NCBI RefSeq assembly: GCF_018977255.1
Contig: NW_024704742.1
Span: forward strand, 29,700,001-29,764,000
DNA length: 64,000 bases
Direction: 5' to 3'
DNA from: Callorhinchus milii
Lineage: Eukaryota
Below are positions 50,195-62,450 of the stretch, in pieces. A program made the position numbers and the translations under genes. Position 1 is the first letter of the stretch, and each line of letters opens with the position of its first letter. Under the pieces are notes generated by a model. That model was not told the origin of the DNA. It saw only the letters and a list, made by a program, of their open reading frames with translations, and ran no database searches.

Positions 50195-50425
50195 CCACTC
50201 CATCCCTGAATCTCTCCGCCTTGTCCCCTCCCTTGCCTCCTTCAAGGCCCATCTCAAGACCTTCCTCTTTGACGGTTCCTTTGGCCACACTCCCATCCCT
50301 GCCCTCCATCCCTCTCGATTCCAATCCCCAGCTCGATTGCAAACTCTAAACTGTCCAGTGCCTTGGGACGTCCTTCCGTGGTGAAAGTCGCTATATAAAT
50401 GCAATTTGTTATTGGTGGTGGTGGT
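50195..50425 (+). mobile_element. L2 LINE 3' fragment
   Basis: SIPESLRLVPSLASFKAHLKTFLF, then gtgccttgggacgtcc...gctatataaatgcaatttgtt. Confidence 0.85.
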
Positions 50426-51759
50426 TCTAATGAATCCGAATGCCCCTCAGGGCACGTCCACACAAACCCCCAGTCACTTCATTGCTACTCTTTATCTTTG
50501 GTTACAACCAACCAAATATCCTCCTCCCCACCTAGGCTGGGGCTTCTACTTATTCCTGCAGAGAATCAATCCTTCAACAAGTCAGAACAAGCAAACACCA
50601 AGCTGGTTGAAGGCTTCGTTCTTATCTCTGTTTGTGAGGATTTGTGATTTGTTGTGTGGGAGCTTTATATACTTGGTCCCGAATGACTGAATAGCTGGGA
50701 CACCAGTAATGCACAACCATCAATGTGCTTATTGCATCCAGGCCTTTTTTCGGCTGAAGGAAGGCGCAAAAGGTCTGAGATAAAGCCCATGAAGCAAAGT
50801 GTCGGTGTTTTTAATTGGCCAGTGCTGATATTTGTGATTCAAAAGTTGTCGCTTTTGAGTTGTGTTTTTTTTCAAATCTCAAAACTCTGATTGTAAACTG
50901 GAAGGTTCAATTAATTAATGCAGCAAGTTCAACAACAACTTGCACATATATAGTACCTTTCTCTTGGATAAACATCTCCAAGGTGGAATGGGAACCCAAA
51001 TGGGATTGGCATTGGGCGTGGGGATGGGGCGAGGTGAGGTTGAAGGGATGCGTCAAAGAGGGTTTTTAAAAGGGCTTGTCAGACAGTGCCCTCAATGGCA
51101 AGCCATGTAGTTTGAGCTGGTTAAACTCCAGCAGTACTTCAACACACACTTTGGGGTTCCCGAGCCTTGGTGCTTGCCAACCTGTGTCTAATACTTTCCG
51201 GAATTAATGACCAGGGTGCCTCCCTCCAGGGATATGTCACATGTACAATATAAACACAGCACAAGACTGAAAGACCTGCTCTTACAGCTTGGACCACTCT
51301 CTGGTTAATGGTGTTAACCAGCTCATGTAACAACTTGCCACACTAAACAAGCCCCAGCTCTCATTAATGCTTTAATTGTTTCAATAATTGATGAACTATT
51401 TAATTACAAGAGTAAAGCAGTTGACACGGGCCTCGCTGATGGTTGCAGCCTGTTAAACGCGTTTTGTTGCAAACTCATTTAGCGAGCATTTAAAGTGGCA
51501 CGTGTTGCCACAGGAACCTTGCATTGAAGCACATCTAAATAAATCAGACTGACGTCTAGTTCACAGAACAACCAATAGGAACATAAGAAGTTAAGAAGGT
51601 CATTCAGCCCATCAAGCCCAAATCGCCACAGATCATTCCTTGGCTCACCTACCACAGCCATTACATTCCTCTTTCCCGCCACATCCCTTAAATATTTTTA
51701 CTCTTCAAGCATCTATCCATCTCTCTCTTAACTCACTACTGATTCTCCATCTATGGCTT

Positions 51760-52040
51760 AATAATAATAATTCTGCATTTGGTATAGCGCCTTATCACGT
51801 CGGAAAGACATCTCAAATCTCTTCACAGGATTTATTATGAAATGGAGTGTTTGTAGGCGAACACGGCTGTCCAATTGCACACTGCAATGTCCCACAAACA
51901 GCCATGAAATGAATGACCCACTTTATTGGGGATTGTTGGCCAGGACACTGGGAAAAACTCTTCTCTTTTCGAATAGTGCCGTAGGATCTTTAACATCCAT
52001 CTTGAACAGGTTTTTGGTACCTCGGTTTAACACTTCCTTG
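51760..52040 (-). mobile_element. Deu-type SINE 3' half
   Basis: (AAT)n tail, aatgtcccacaaacagcc, gaatagtgccgtaggatctttaacatcca. Confidence 0.8.
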
Positions 52041-52919
52041 CTTTTAAATTTTATATGCCCACAAAACACACAGGATATCCTGTGAAGTGCTTTCAGATGC
52101 CCTCCTGAAATGAAAGATACTACAGTATACCATATGTAAGGATTATTATTATCCTTCTGGCTATCAAGCCCAGCATACCAATAGCTAGCTCTCTGGGGTC
52201 TGAAATACCATGTTCAAAATGAGAGTTGCAAATAGAAACTCTTACCCAGTAACTAGAAATGCCAACCCACAAGAACTGTTCTCCAACTCTGGGTTGAGTC
52301 TGGAGCCAGTTCCCTTGGGTTGGCTTGACGACTATTTTCAACTACTGTTATGAATATCTCCATGTGGAAACTCAAGAGTGATACAGTAACAGCACAGGGA
52401 ATTTATCTCAGCACAACCATACCTCAGTGTAATCAATCCTCACTCTGTTAAACAGGATCGCAGGTCAGACACGTCACGATATGGCCTGCTGAGATTATCA
52501 TACTATCACTAGAGAATGGTTACCCTGGGTGGTCTGAGCACTGGATTATCACTCCAGGGACCCCCAGCCCACTTTGAATCCGATGCTGCATTAACATTTG
52601 AGATCAGATATCACCCGTGGGGCAGATTCATCCCGTTCTTTACTGGGCCATTGAAACAAGCACGTCATACCAATGGAATGCTCAGTCTCCTGTGTGGGAG
52701 AGAGAGAGGGGGGTGGGGGGTGGGAGACCACGGGTGATACACAGTGACACAGCAATGAAGAAATCCATCATCCACACTGTCTTGCTCCCACTTCATAACT
52801 GGTTGAAGGAGGATACAGTAGAGGTAAGAAACAGGCAGGTTTTAACCTGAAAATCTCTGGCAGATCCTCCCCTCCCCCCCGCCCACTAAATCTGGGTCTA
52901 CGCTCAATCATGACACCAC

Positions 52920-53255
52920 CACCACCACCAACAACAAATTACATTTATATAGCGGCCTATCATGACAGGAGGATGTCCCCAAGGCCCCGGGACAGTGAAG
53001 GGTTTGCACCTGAGCTGGGGGCTGGAGTCAAGAGGGATGGAATTGAGGGGGAATGACCGAAGGTATGGTTAAAAAAGATGTTGAAGGAGGCAAGGGAGGG
53101 AAATGAGGCAGAGGGACTCTGGGATGGAGTTCCAGAGGGTGGGGGCAGAAGGCCCAACCGCTAATGGTGCAGAGAGCAGGGACATGGAGCAGGCCAGTCT
53201 CTACCGAACAGAGGGAATGGGCAGGTAAGTAATATTTTAGTAGGTCGCAAAGGTA
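52920..53255 (-). mobile_element. L2 LINE 3' fragment
   Basis: Reverse complement of the 18305-18717 type sequence. Confidence 0.8.
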
Positions 53256-56200
53256 TATTGTTGTCTCTGTTCTTGGTTCAGACAGGCTCAATGCCAGGCC
53301 AGGCATTGCACTTACCCACTGAACCATTAGGAAAGCCCTCTTGTTATCAGGAGTTACCAAGGTTTCAGCCACATTATACATTGTAATGATGCTTCAATCA
53401 AGACCAAGAAAAAATGGTAATCGTAATGATTTTAACAATGAGATCTTACTCAATATTATATAAGTCAAACGTATCCTGATTGTACTTCACAGGTTGGAAC
53501 AAAATCTTGGAATTCAAATGACTACATATAAAAATTGCTCGAGCTTGCAAGGTTCATGATGTTATCTCAATCACTCAACTGTGTTCAAGCCCTCTAACAT
53601 GCTTTGAGCTATGTGTTACTTATGCCTCATCATATAACAGCATGAGAAATTGCAGTCGCTATATAGGCGTACATACAACAAAACCAAGTGCCAATGGAAT
53701 GGGTGACAGCCTGGCTCAATCAGTAACCACTCTTTCCTCCTCTGTGTCAGAAGTTTGTGGGTTCAAGCCCCCACACAGAGACTTTGAGCTCACCATCCAG
53801 ATTGTAAAATAATTCTAAAACAAAAAAGCTGAAGTTAAAAAGTTATTTTCGTGGCCAGTATTTTTAAAAAATGCGATATGGGCTAAAATGCAAGATGGCA
53901 GAGAATCAGTGCTGAACTGACTGAGGGAGAAATTATTCTGATAATTTTTGCCGGTGACAATTATCACATCACATACTGCACATGAAACATTCTTGTAAAT
54001 TTGCCAGATTTAACCAGATAAATTGGTCATGTATTTCATGCTGCTTGTGGGGTCTTTCTGTGTGCAAATTAGCTGCCGAATAAGGCTACAAAAACAGTCA
54101 CTACTCCTGAATGTGATTACTGTCAAGCGGTTTGAGTGATTGATGCAATAAGGCGTTTTAAAAATGCAAGATCTTTCTTCTTTCTCACAACCTGCTAACT
54201 GTTTCTTTAACGCTCCCTGCCAGAATTACAGCATTGAGTAAGGTAACATTACCGCACGTCACACACCAACTGCAATGAGAGAGATTCACTGTTCGTACTG
54301 ATAGTAATATGACTTCCACGATCACCAGTGTAGCCAACTATAGTGAAATATCACACAATGACTAACATACCAATTATATCCAATTACTAGTGAGCAGATT
54401 GACTTTGAATAAACCAGCCTGGTGTGTTTTTTTCACATACACTAACGAGGTGCACTTTGTGTCAAGGTGGAAGCAGGATATAATACCTCTCATTGTCTTG
54501 CATTGATACTTGTTCACAGATATTGCATAACTCTTTCTGCAAGATGATGAATCCATTAGGAGCCTCACCAAAGAACGGTGAGACATCTGTGAGCAAGAAT
54601 CAGTGTAAGACAATGAGACAGAGGCATTAAACGCTCCTTCCAAATTGATGGAGAGTGCACAGCATGTAATGTACATTGCATTATAATATACACACACACA
54701 ATGAGAAGTGTATGATCTTTAACACTGCCCACTATGTGATAGTGCCGTCATAATGGGAAAATCTCATTAGAGCCACACACCAGCAGACTTGATAAATGTA
54801 ACAAAGATCAACCCTTTTATCCAAAGAATCATACGATGTTTGGGATTTTTCTGATCCTTATATTTTTATATTAATTTTCAAATTTTGAACATCTTTGACT
54901 GGCCACTGTCGGTCATGAATATTACGACTGCATAAGATTGTGAACACTGGTGTACTTTCAGATATAAAAGGGCAATAAATGTTATATATTTGTTGCATTA
55001 TGCCGGGGTAAAGCAATATTGGAAACAATTCCGCAATCAAGTTATCGTACTTTACGTTTCACCCAGTTGATATTTACCTGTTGTGACATGGAATAAATAA
55101 ATTGAATTCTGGGGGCTTCTCACAGACCTGTTTTTTCCCCTGTGACCAAAGATTTGCTTGCGTTAGCGATCGGTATATGTTCGACCCTCACCCCAAAAGC
55201 AACGTTTTGGCACACCATTGCGGAGATGACCATTGAGGTCTTTTATGCAGCACGTGCAAACCAAGTGTAAAGCCACGTGCTAATACGAGTGCACAGAGGG
55301 AATTGGAGCTGCCCTTAATCATACAATTATCCAATGAAAATGATTTATTGTGTAAATTGCAATCAGTTGTTTTCATTGGCTGTTAATTGTATAATTAAGG
55401 CCACCTGTGTTTTCCTCTGCAAAGATCTATTTGCACGTAGCGCATAAAACATCCACGTTTACACATGGTTTAACACATCACAGAACACATACCTAACACA
55501 TGCACAGTCTCTACACTTGACAGCAATTTCCCTGTGGAGAGTACTGACCTTCTAGACTCTGTATCAAACACAAGGATTGTCATCATCTCCACATTCCTAA
55601 CAACCTGTTGCGAGATGAAACCCAGCTTAGAGAAGGTCTTACACGGCTGTGGCAGAAACAGGCAGTATGGGTTGAATGGCTCTTTCTCTATCCGTGCCAT
55701 CTCTCCCAGATCGCAAGCCGGAGTGGAGCCGGAGTATCACCTGCTCTCAACTGAAGAAGCCAAGAGTGGGCATTCCGTGGATTGGTTCCACCCAACGTGG
55801 TTCTGGTTTCACCCAACTGTGTGTGAAAGAAAAAGCAGTTCTCTCCTCTGGCGTGCTTCAGCTCATCAATCACCACGTGCATTTGTAAAACCCACGCGGC
55901 TGACGAGCTGTGCTCGTGCCAGAAACTGAACAAATAGGGGAGGAGATCAGGTGAAAGCAGTCAGAGAGTCAGCGGGGAAGTGTCCCCCTTTCCCTCTTGC
56001 CTTTTTCTAGCAATCGTTTGTAAATTTGCATTGAATCCATGTAGAATAGCTTCACGTTAATTGCTGGGTAAGAGGAGCAGGCACTCAAATGAGGACGTCA
56101 AATAATATCATGAGCAAGAAGAGAGCAACACAAAAGCATTTTAAAGACCCGTTCTGTGCCAAAAATCTCAAGTCCCTGAATCTCACTTCTCTTTCATAAT

Positions 56201-57291
56201 ACCACACTTGTGCTTCTGTCTCATTTGATTTATATTTCTTCTCACCCCTCCCCTCTGTCAGTGTGTCACCGCCCTCTGCCTTCTTTTAAGATCTTGTCAC
56301 CACTATACGCACAGCGCCTTGGGACATCCTCCCGATGTGAAAGGTGTTATATAAATGCAATTTGTTGTTGTTGCTTGTTTGTACTATATGTTAGATGTTC
56401 CCCAACCAACAAGTCAGACAAGGTGCGTGTGCTTCCAGGGCACAATCACTGCTGTTCTGTGACTGACCACTAGGAGACGCAGAAAAGCATTCCTGAGATT
56501 GCCTATTAACTTTTATTGTCCCCACTGAACTTCATGACAGGCAAAATGTTTTTGTTTTGTCTTCTTCAGCACTTCTCTCTTAAAGTGTGCCTGCCGAATC
56601 ATGCTGGGGTCTAGTCTGGTCGAGTCCCATAGGTCAGCAACCCCACCAGTTTTTCATGTGTGAGCTCGAGCAGATTCTCGAGCTCCACCAGTTTTTCATG
56701 TGTGAGCTCCAACAGATTTGTTGTGCTAATTGCAACTTTCCGGTTTCCCGGGATCTAAAAGCATTTAATTTGCGACCTTTACGGAACCGGCTACTTGCCA
56801 TTGGGGAAAGTCAGCAATTAACCCAAAACAGGACCTGGAGAGCAAAACGGCAAGCGGAAAATGGCAATTAATGCAACCAAAACGGCTGAGGAATATCACA
56901 AACAAGTCCCAAATTCAAGAGGAGAAGGAAGTTTCTCCCAGTGTCCTGGCAAACAATCCCCCAAATAAAATTGGTCATTTACTCCATGGTTATTTGTGCA
57001 ACATTGCTGTGTGCAATTGACTGCTGCGTTTCGCTCACAAAATACACATTCACTAGACTTTACAGTATATCCTGTGAAGCCCTTTGAGCCATCTCAACAA
57101 CATGATAAAGCGCTACATCAAATGCAAGGATTGTTTTTGCATAATCATGAAGACATGACAGCCAGGGCTGATCCTTTGCTCACCCAACAACCACACTCAA
57201 CAACAACTTGAATTTATATAGCGTTTTTCACACAGATCCGCATCACGAAGCACTGCACGCTGGTGGGGTTCTAAAACCTCCAGCACACCTG

Positions 57292-57564
57292 GTGAATTGA
57301 CTGTACATTTTGTGGGCAAACATGTCAGCCAATTGCGCACAGCATTGTCCCACAAACAGTCATGAATTGAGGGATCACATTTTTTTAAAGGATTATTACC
57401 CCTGGATCCACCAATTGACTAACAGACGGGTTCCTACTTACAGCTAGGTAAACAGAGGCGTATGGAGTAAGGAAACTTGCCTAACGTTTCGCCCTGCCTG
57501 GGAAACAAACCCGAGTCCTCTTGCTTGCGAGGCGAGTACTTTAACCAATACGCTACAGGAATCC
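57292..57564 (-). mobile_element. tRNA-derived SINE, long subfamily, tail missing
   Basis: cttacagctaggtaaacagaggcgtatggagtaaggaaacttg...cgctacaggaatcc. Confidence 0.85.
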
Positions 57565-59970
57565 GCAAGACCATCAAATTAGACCATCATGGGAGCTAAT
57601 GTTTCTCCAAATGAACGCAAATATTCAATAACTTACTTTGTTTTATATGAAGGAAATTCGAATTGGATATGTTGTGAGCATCGTAATTTAGACAAAAGCA
57701 CTTCCCATCCTCCTAGGAACGTGGCAAACCTCAATGTTATAATCGGCCTCCTTGGTTCTAAAGCATTCCAGCACACAGTGAACGGAGTTCCCAGACACTG
57801 TTATAATGAGCGTGTAACACACCACATTATCGATGAAGTTCCATGTATTATATAAGGCGTGCTGTGGCTGGTTTGATTTCCTGTAATTATTTCAAGCTGA
57901 TCATTTTTAACCTGCATTCTCTGTAACACCTAACCTGTTAATTCCTCTTCTAATGCAACCCTATTACATGAAGATCGTTAACTGGCTGAATCTGAGTTAA
58001 TGAAATTGACCTGAAATCGACGAGCAGAGAGTTGCCAAAACTGATACTTCAGGTTTTAAATGGCCTCAGTGTTGCTTGGCTTTCATCTTGTATGGCTCCT
58101 CTCCCCTCCCCTACAAATTAGGGCAATGAGTTGTTTCCTCCTGTGTCCTGACGCCAAACCTAAAACATGACACAATGGAAACTCGCTAATAAAGTCAGTA
58201 AATGAACACAGGAATTTTGCACATTATTATTAGTAAATAATAATAACCCTTGCATTTGATTGCAGCATCTTTTATGTCAGGAGGACACCTCAAAGCGCCT
58301 CACAAGATTTAACTATCAAGTGTAGTGACTGTTTATTCATCACTGACTGGTAAGCTTGTTACTGCACTAATGTGGGATGAGAGAAGCAACAAACAACTGA
58401 CTACATTATCGAGTTGACCATATTAGTGGGTGACCTTAAGATGAGCTTCAAACAGAAACAGCAAATGTACCCTTGGTTGGGGCTCTGAAATTGTGTTGGA
58501 TCAACTATATGAATGAGGAAGGTCTGGTGTTGCCCTCTATGGACAATAATCCAGCGGTGGCAGGTAGAAAGAGGAGGTCAATTAAAGGCGTCACAAAATC
58601 AGATTTGGTTTTCAATGCCAAATTTGCCAGAGAAACACTGTGTTAGCTTATACTGAACGTGAGGGCAATCTGTGCTCAATGGAACATGACTCGTGTCACT
58701 CAGAACTGTCACAAAGTCCCTCTCAGTTTCTCCAATCTCCCTTCCAATAACTACAGGAGTATTTTTTAAGCATTACGAGGAAATCCTTTAAAATTGAGGA
58801 ACTGAGGATACCCTTTCATTGCATCTGCCCCCATTCCCTGGAAATGCATCCCAGAGTCCCTTCACCTCATCCTTTCACTCGCCTCATTCAAGGTCTACCT
58901 TAAGACCTTCCTCTTTGACTGCACTTTTGGCCATCTTTCCCTCCCTCCAACCACTTGCCCCACCACGAGCCCCCATCCCTATTTTGGGTGCAAACCTTGG
59001 ACTATCCCAGATGTCCTCCCAATGTTAAAGCTGTTATATAAATGTAAATTTGTATTGTATTGTAATTCAGCCAGTGGCTAAATTCGCTTTCAAGTTTATA
59101 AATTAAGTCACACAGAGCAGGATAGTCTCAAGTTTCATCCACCTGCATTACATTTGCGGTCCCTGGGATCATAGTAACAAGAGGAAGCCATTCTGCCCAT
59201 TGAGTGTATGTTTCACCATTTCAGACAGCCTATCAACATGGAAGACTCTATATAAATGTAAATTGTATTTTATTTAATTGGATCATGGCAGATCATTGAA
59301 TCCTCTTTCTTTCCCTGCTTTTATTCCATATCCCCTTAATACACATTATTTTCCCTTTTAAACATCCTAACTAATTCTGCATCTAACAGTTGTCTTGGGC
59401 AGTCAGTCAGTTCTACATTCCCACAGCCCTCCGCTTAAAGAAATGTTTTCTGATGAGTTACTGAGCTGTTTGATAGCTGCAGCAAATTTTGCAATCTGCA
59501 CTTACAATGGGAACTCCACTTGCAACATCATATCCAAGAACAAGTCAGCGCCTTCAGGTTAGGGTAAGGAGGCGAGAATTATTGGAGAGAAAAGAATAAT
59601 GTCAAGGCCTACATTTTTCATTTAATATTGCAAAACTCTAAATAAGAGAAATCAAGACTATTTCAATTCTTGGAGGATATTCACTCTGAAACACACTCAA
59701 ACTTATTTAATAAGTTATTATATAATGAGTTATTATACAACTTACTCTTACGCATATCATTGCATATAACGCCTCATCACAATTTTATTGTAAAGTGCAG
59801 TGACTGTGTATTTTGCATTGCTGGAGGTGCCATCTTCAGGTGGTCAACAATCCTCCAGATAAATTGATTATTCAATTTGTGGCTGTTTGTAGTTATTGCT
59901 AGGTGCAAATTAGCTGTCTGCTTTGTCTATAAATAAACAGTCACTACAATTGACAGCAATTCCCTAAGAT

Positions 59971-60295
59971 ATAATAATAATAATAATAATCCTTGCATTT
60001 GATATAGCGCTTTTCACGTCAGGAGGACGTCCCAAAGCGCTTCACAGAACACACTGTAAAGTGAATTGACTGTATATTTGTGGGCGAACGCGGCAGCCAA
60101 TTGCGCACAGCAATGTCCCACAAACAGTCGTGGATTGAAAATGACCAATTTATTATTGTTTTTTTTTTTTTGGAGGGATTATTATTAGGCGTGTGGAGTA
60201 AGGAAACTTGCCCAAGGTTTCGCCCTCTGCCTGGAATTGAACTCAGGTCTCTCACTTACAAAGCGAGTGCTCTAACCACTGAGCTGTAGGACTCC
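59971..60295 (-). mobile_element. Young tRNA(Ala)-like SINE nested in an older Deu-SINE; possible CTAAGA target-site duplication
   Basis: Full head-to-tail copy. Flanks tccCTAAGAt / ttCTAAGAct; older SINE sequence at about 59800-59960. Confidence 0.92.
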
Positions 60296-61099
60296 ACTTC
60301 TAAGACTTTTGAATGTGATCAAGTGCTGCACTGTCTCGACAAGATGCTAAATTGATGTGGAGACATCTCGTCTTCCCTCACTGGAACTCAATCCTGGAGT
60401 CCCCCTGACTCAATCTCTTTCTCACCTTAGTTAAGGTCCATCTTAAGACCTATCTCTTTGACCTCGCTTTCGGTGACCTTCCCAGCCCCCCCTCTCCCCA
60501 CCCCCTGGCTCCAAACCTCCAGTCTTTATACTTAGGTTAACAATTATGGTATAAACTTTTTTGGAAAAATGAAAGCAAGAGGCATTAAATTGAAGAGTCC
60601 TGTGAACAAAGCAAACGTCTCGAACCTGATTACAAGACAGCTATGTGCACATCACTGGGAAAGAAGAAAGGAAAGCGAAAGGTTATCTCTAATTCATCAG
60701 CATTCGACAGATCGATTAGAGCAGACCAGAGTGGGAGGCCCGTCAGTTTTGGAGTCGGTTTTGCTTGTACTACACATCAGCAAGATTCAGCTTGAGTTGC
60801 CCGTGCAATGCAGCAAGTGTGTGGCAGAAAAGGGGGAAGAAGGTATCTTGAATCTCCTGTATTCAAATTTAAATTATAGCTGGGGAGGATGGATATTTAA
60901 ATAACAAGAGAGAAGATTTCTCCTCTCTCTCTCTCTCTAAATAGAAGATTTCTCCTCTCTCTCTCTCTCTCTCTCTCGGTAAATATAAATTCCCCTGACT
61001 GCTCTGCAAACCACAGCTCCTGTTTAATAGAGGAGTTGGAAAAGGGGTGGGGGGGAGGGAGGGTAAGTAAATACAATCCTGTCTTGTTCAAGGTTCTTT

Positions 61100-62450
61100 G
61101 CTAACTGAGGCCAGCCCACAACTATCTCCCTTCTCATTCACAGAGACACAAATGGCCTCCAGCTACGGTGTCCTCTTGCCGTGCAACACAACACGTATCA
61201 GATACCATCTGTGCGTCAGCACGAGATATGGGCCGGGGCAGGCCGCTCCACTCGCTTGCACATCAGAGGCTTTTACAGCCTCTCTCGTGCCGCTGTGTAC
61301 AGCGAGGAGAGAGGCGGTGGCCTTTGTTTTATTTTTCTCGGTCGCAAACTATTCACGTGCAAGTGTGTGTGTGTGGAGCGAGGGGGAGAGAGAGGCCATG
61401 CGTTCCTTTGTTGAAAGGGTTGGTGTTTGTCGTGTTGAGAGGTCTATGTGTGTTTGTGCGGGGGGGGGGTGGGGGGGGGGTGCGAGTGAGGTAAACAGGT
61501 CACGGATAACAGCTTTGGGACAGGGAAAAGTGTTGCTATAGCGACAGCATCTGGGTGACATGAGCAAGCATGTGTGAACTCTCCAACGCTCCAGTCCCCT
61601 CTCACCGAGGGGAAGCGGGGAAATGTCAGCTCTCGTGTGATTTTTTCGCCTCTGGACACGTTTCTCCAGGAATGACCCAGGCACGGAGCAGGGGGAGCTC
61701 AAGAGGAGTCCAGAGGACTTTCTGTCAAAGAACACGCACAACTCTGCTGGGGGTGGGGTTCGGGGGAGGAGATACATACATAAAGAATCTCTTCTCTCTC
61801 CCCTATTGTGAAGGAATTTGTGCAGAATCAAGTGCTCAACTTGATTCCAAATGAATTGTGGGCGCTCAACCTCGCTTGTCCCCATGGCTCTCTCTGAAGC
61901 GGTGCTGGCTGTGTCTTAAGACCGGCTTGTTCAGCAGGAGAAGGGTTAAGCCAGGTGCTAAGCACAGATTCATTTCAGAAGCTGGGGATTTAGCTCAAGA
62001 GCGGCGCTGTCTGAGGGCAGGCGTTTGAGCTAATGGAGGGTGAATAAATTACCCATCAATGTATTTAGGAGGAAACTCCGTGTGTACCCAAGGCAGAAGG
62101 GAACCAACAGAGAGGGGTATGGGTGGGGGGAGGGGGAGGGGGAGGATTAGCAAAGGCGGAGGTTCACCGGTACAGATGAAGCTGGGCTGAACGCCTGGTT
62201 CGATACCCTTGATTTCATGCACAGGTGAAGGCGAGAGGAGTATGCGAGAGCGTGGAGGGATTTGATGTACAGGGTAAATGAGGGGAGGGGGAAATGCGCC
62301 TTCCTGATCTGCCCCACGAGATGTTTGCTCGGCGTTTCCAGAATCAGCAATGTTAATGAAATGTTATATAACACGGCCACAGATGGGCTGAGCACCTGAG
62401 CTACCCACACAGCACAGCCATATGTTTCTGCTGTTGCAATGGTCGCTCTG
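61100..62450. promoter_or_regulatory. GC/CpG-enriched, SINE-free island; candidate internal promoter or enhancer
   Basis: Many CpGs, G-runs (gggggggggt, gggggagggggaggggg) and no recognisable SINE/LINE across more than 1.3 kb. Confidence 0.4.
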
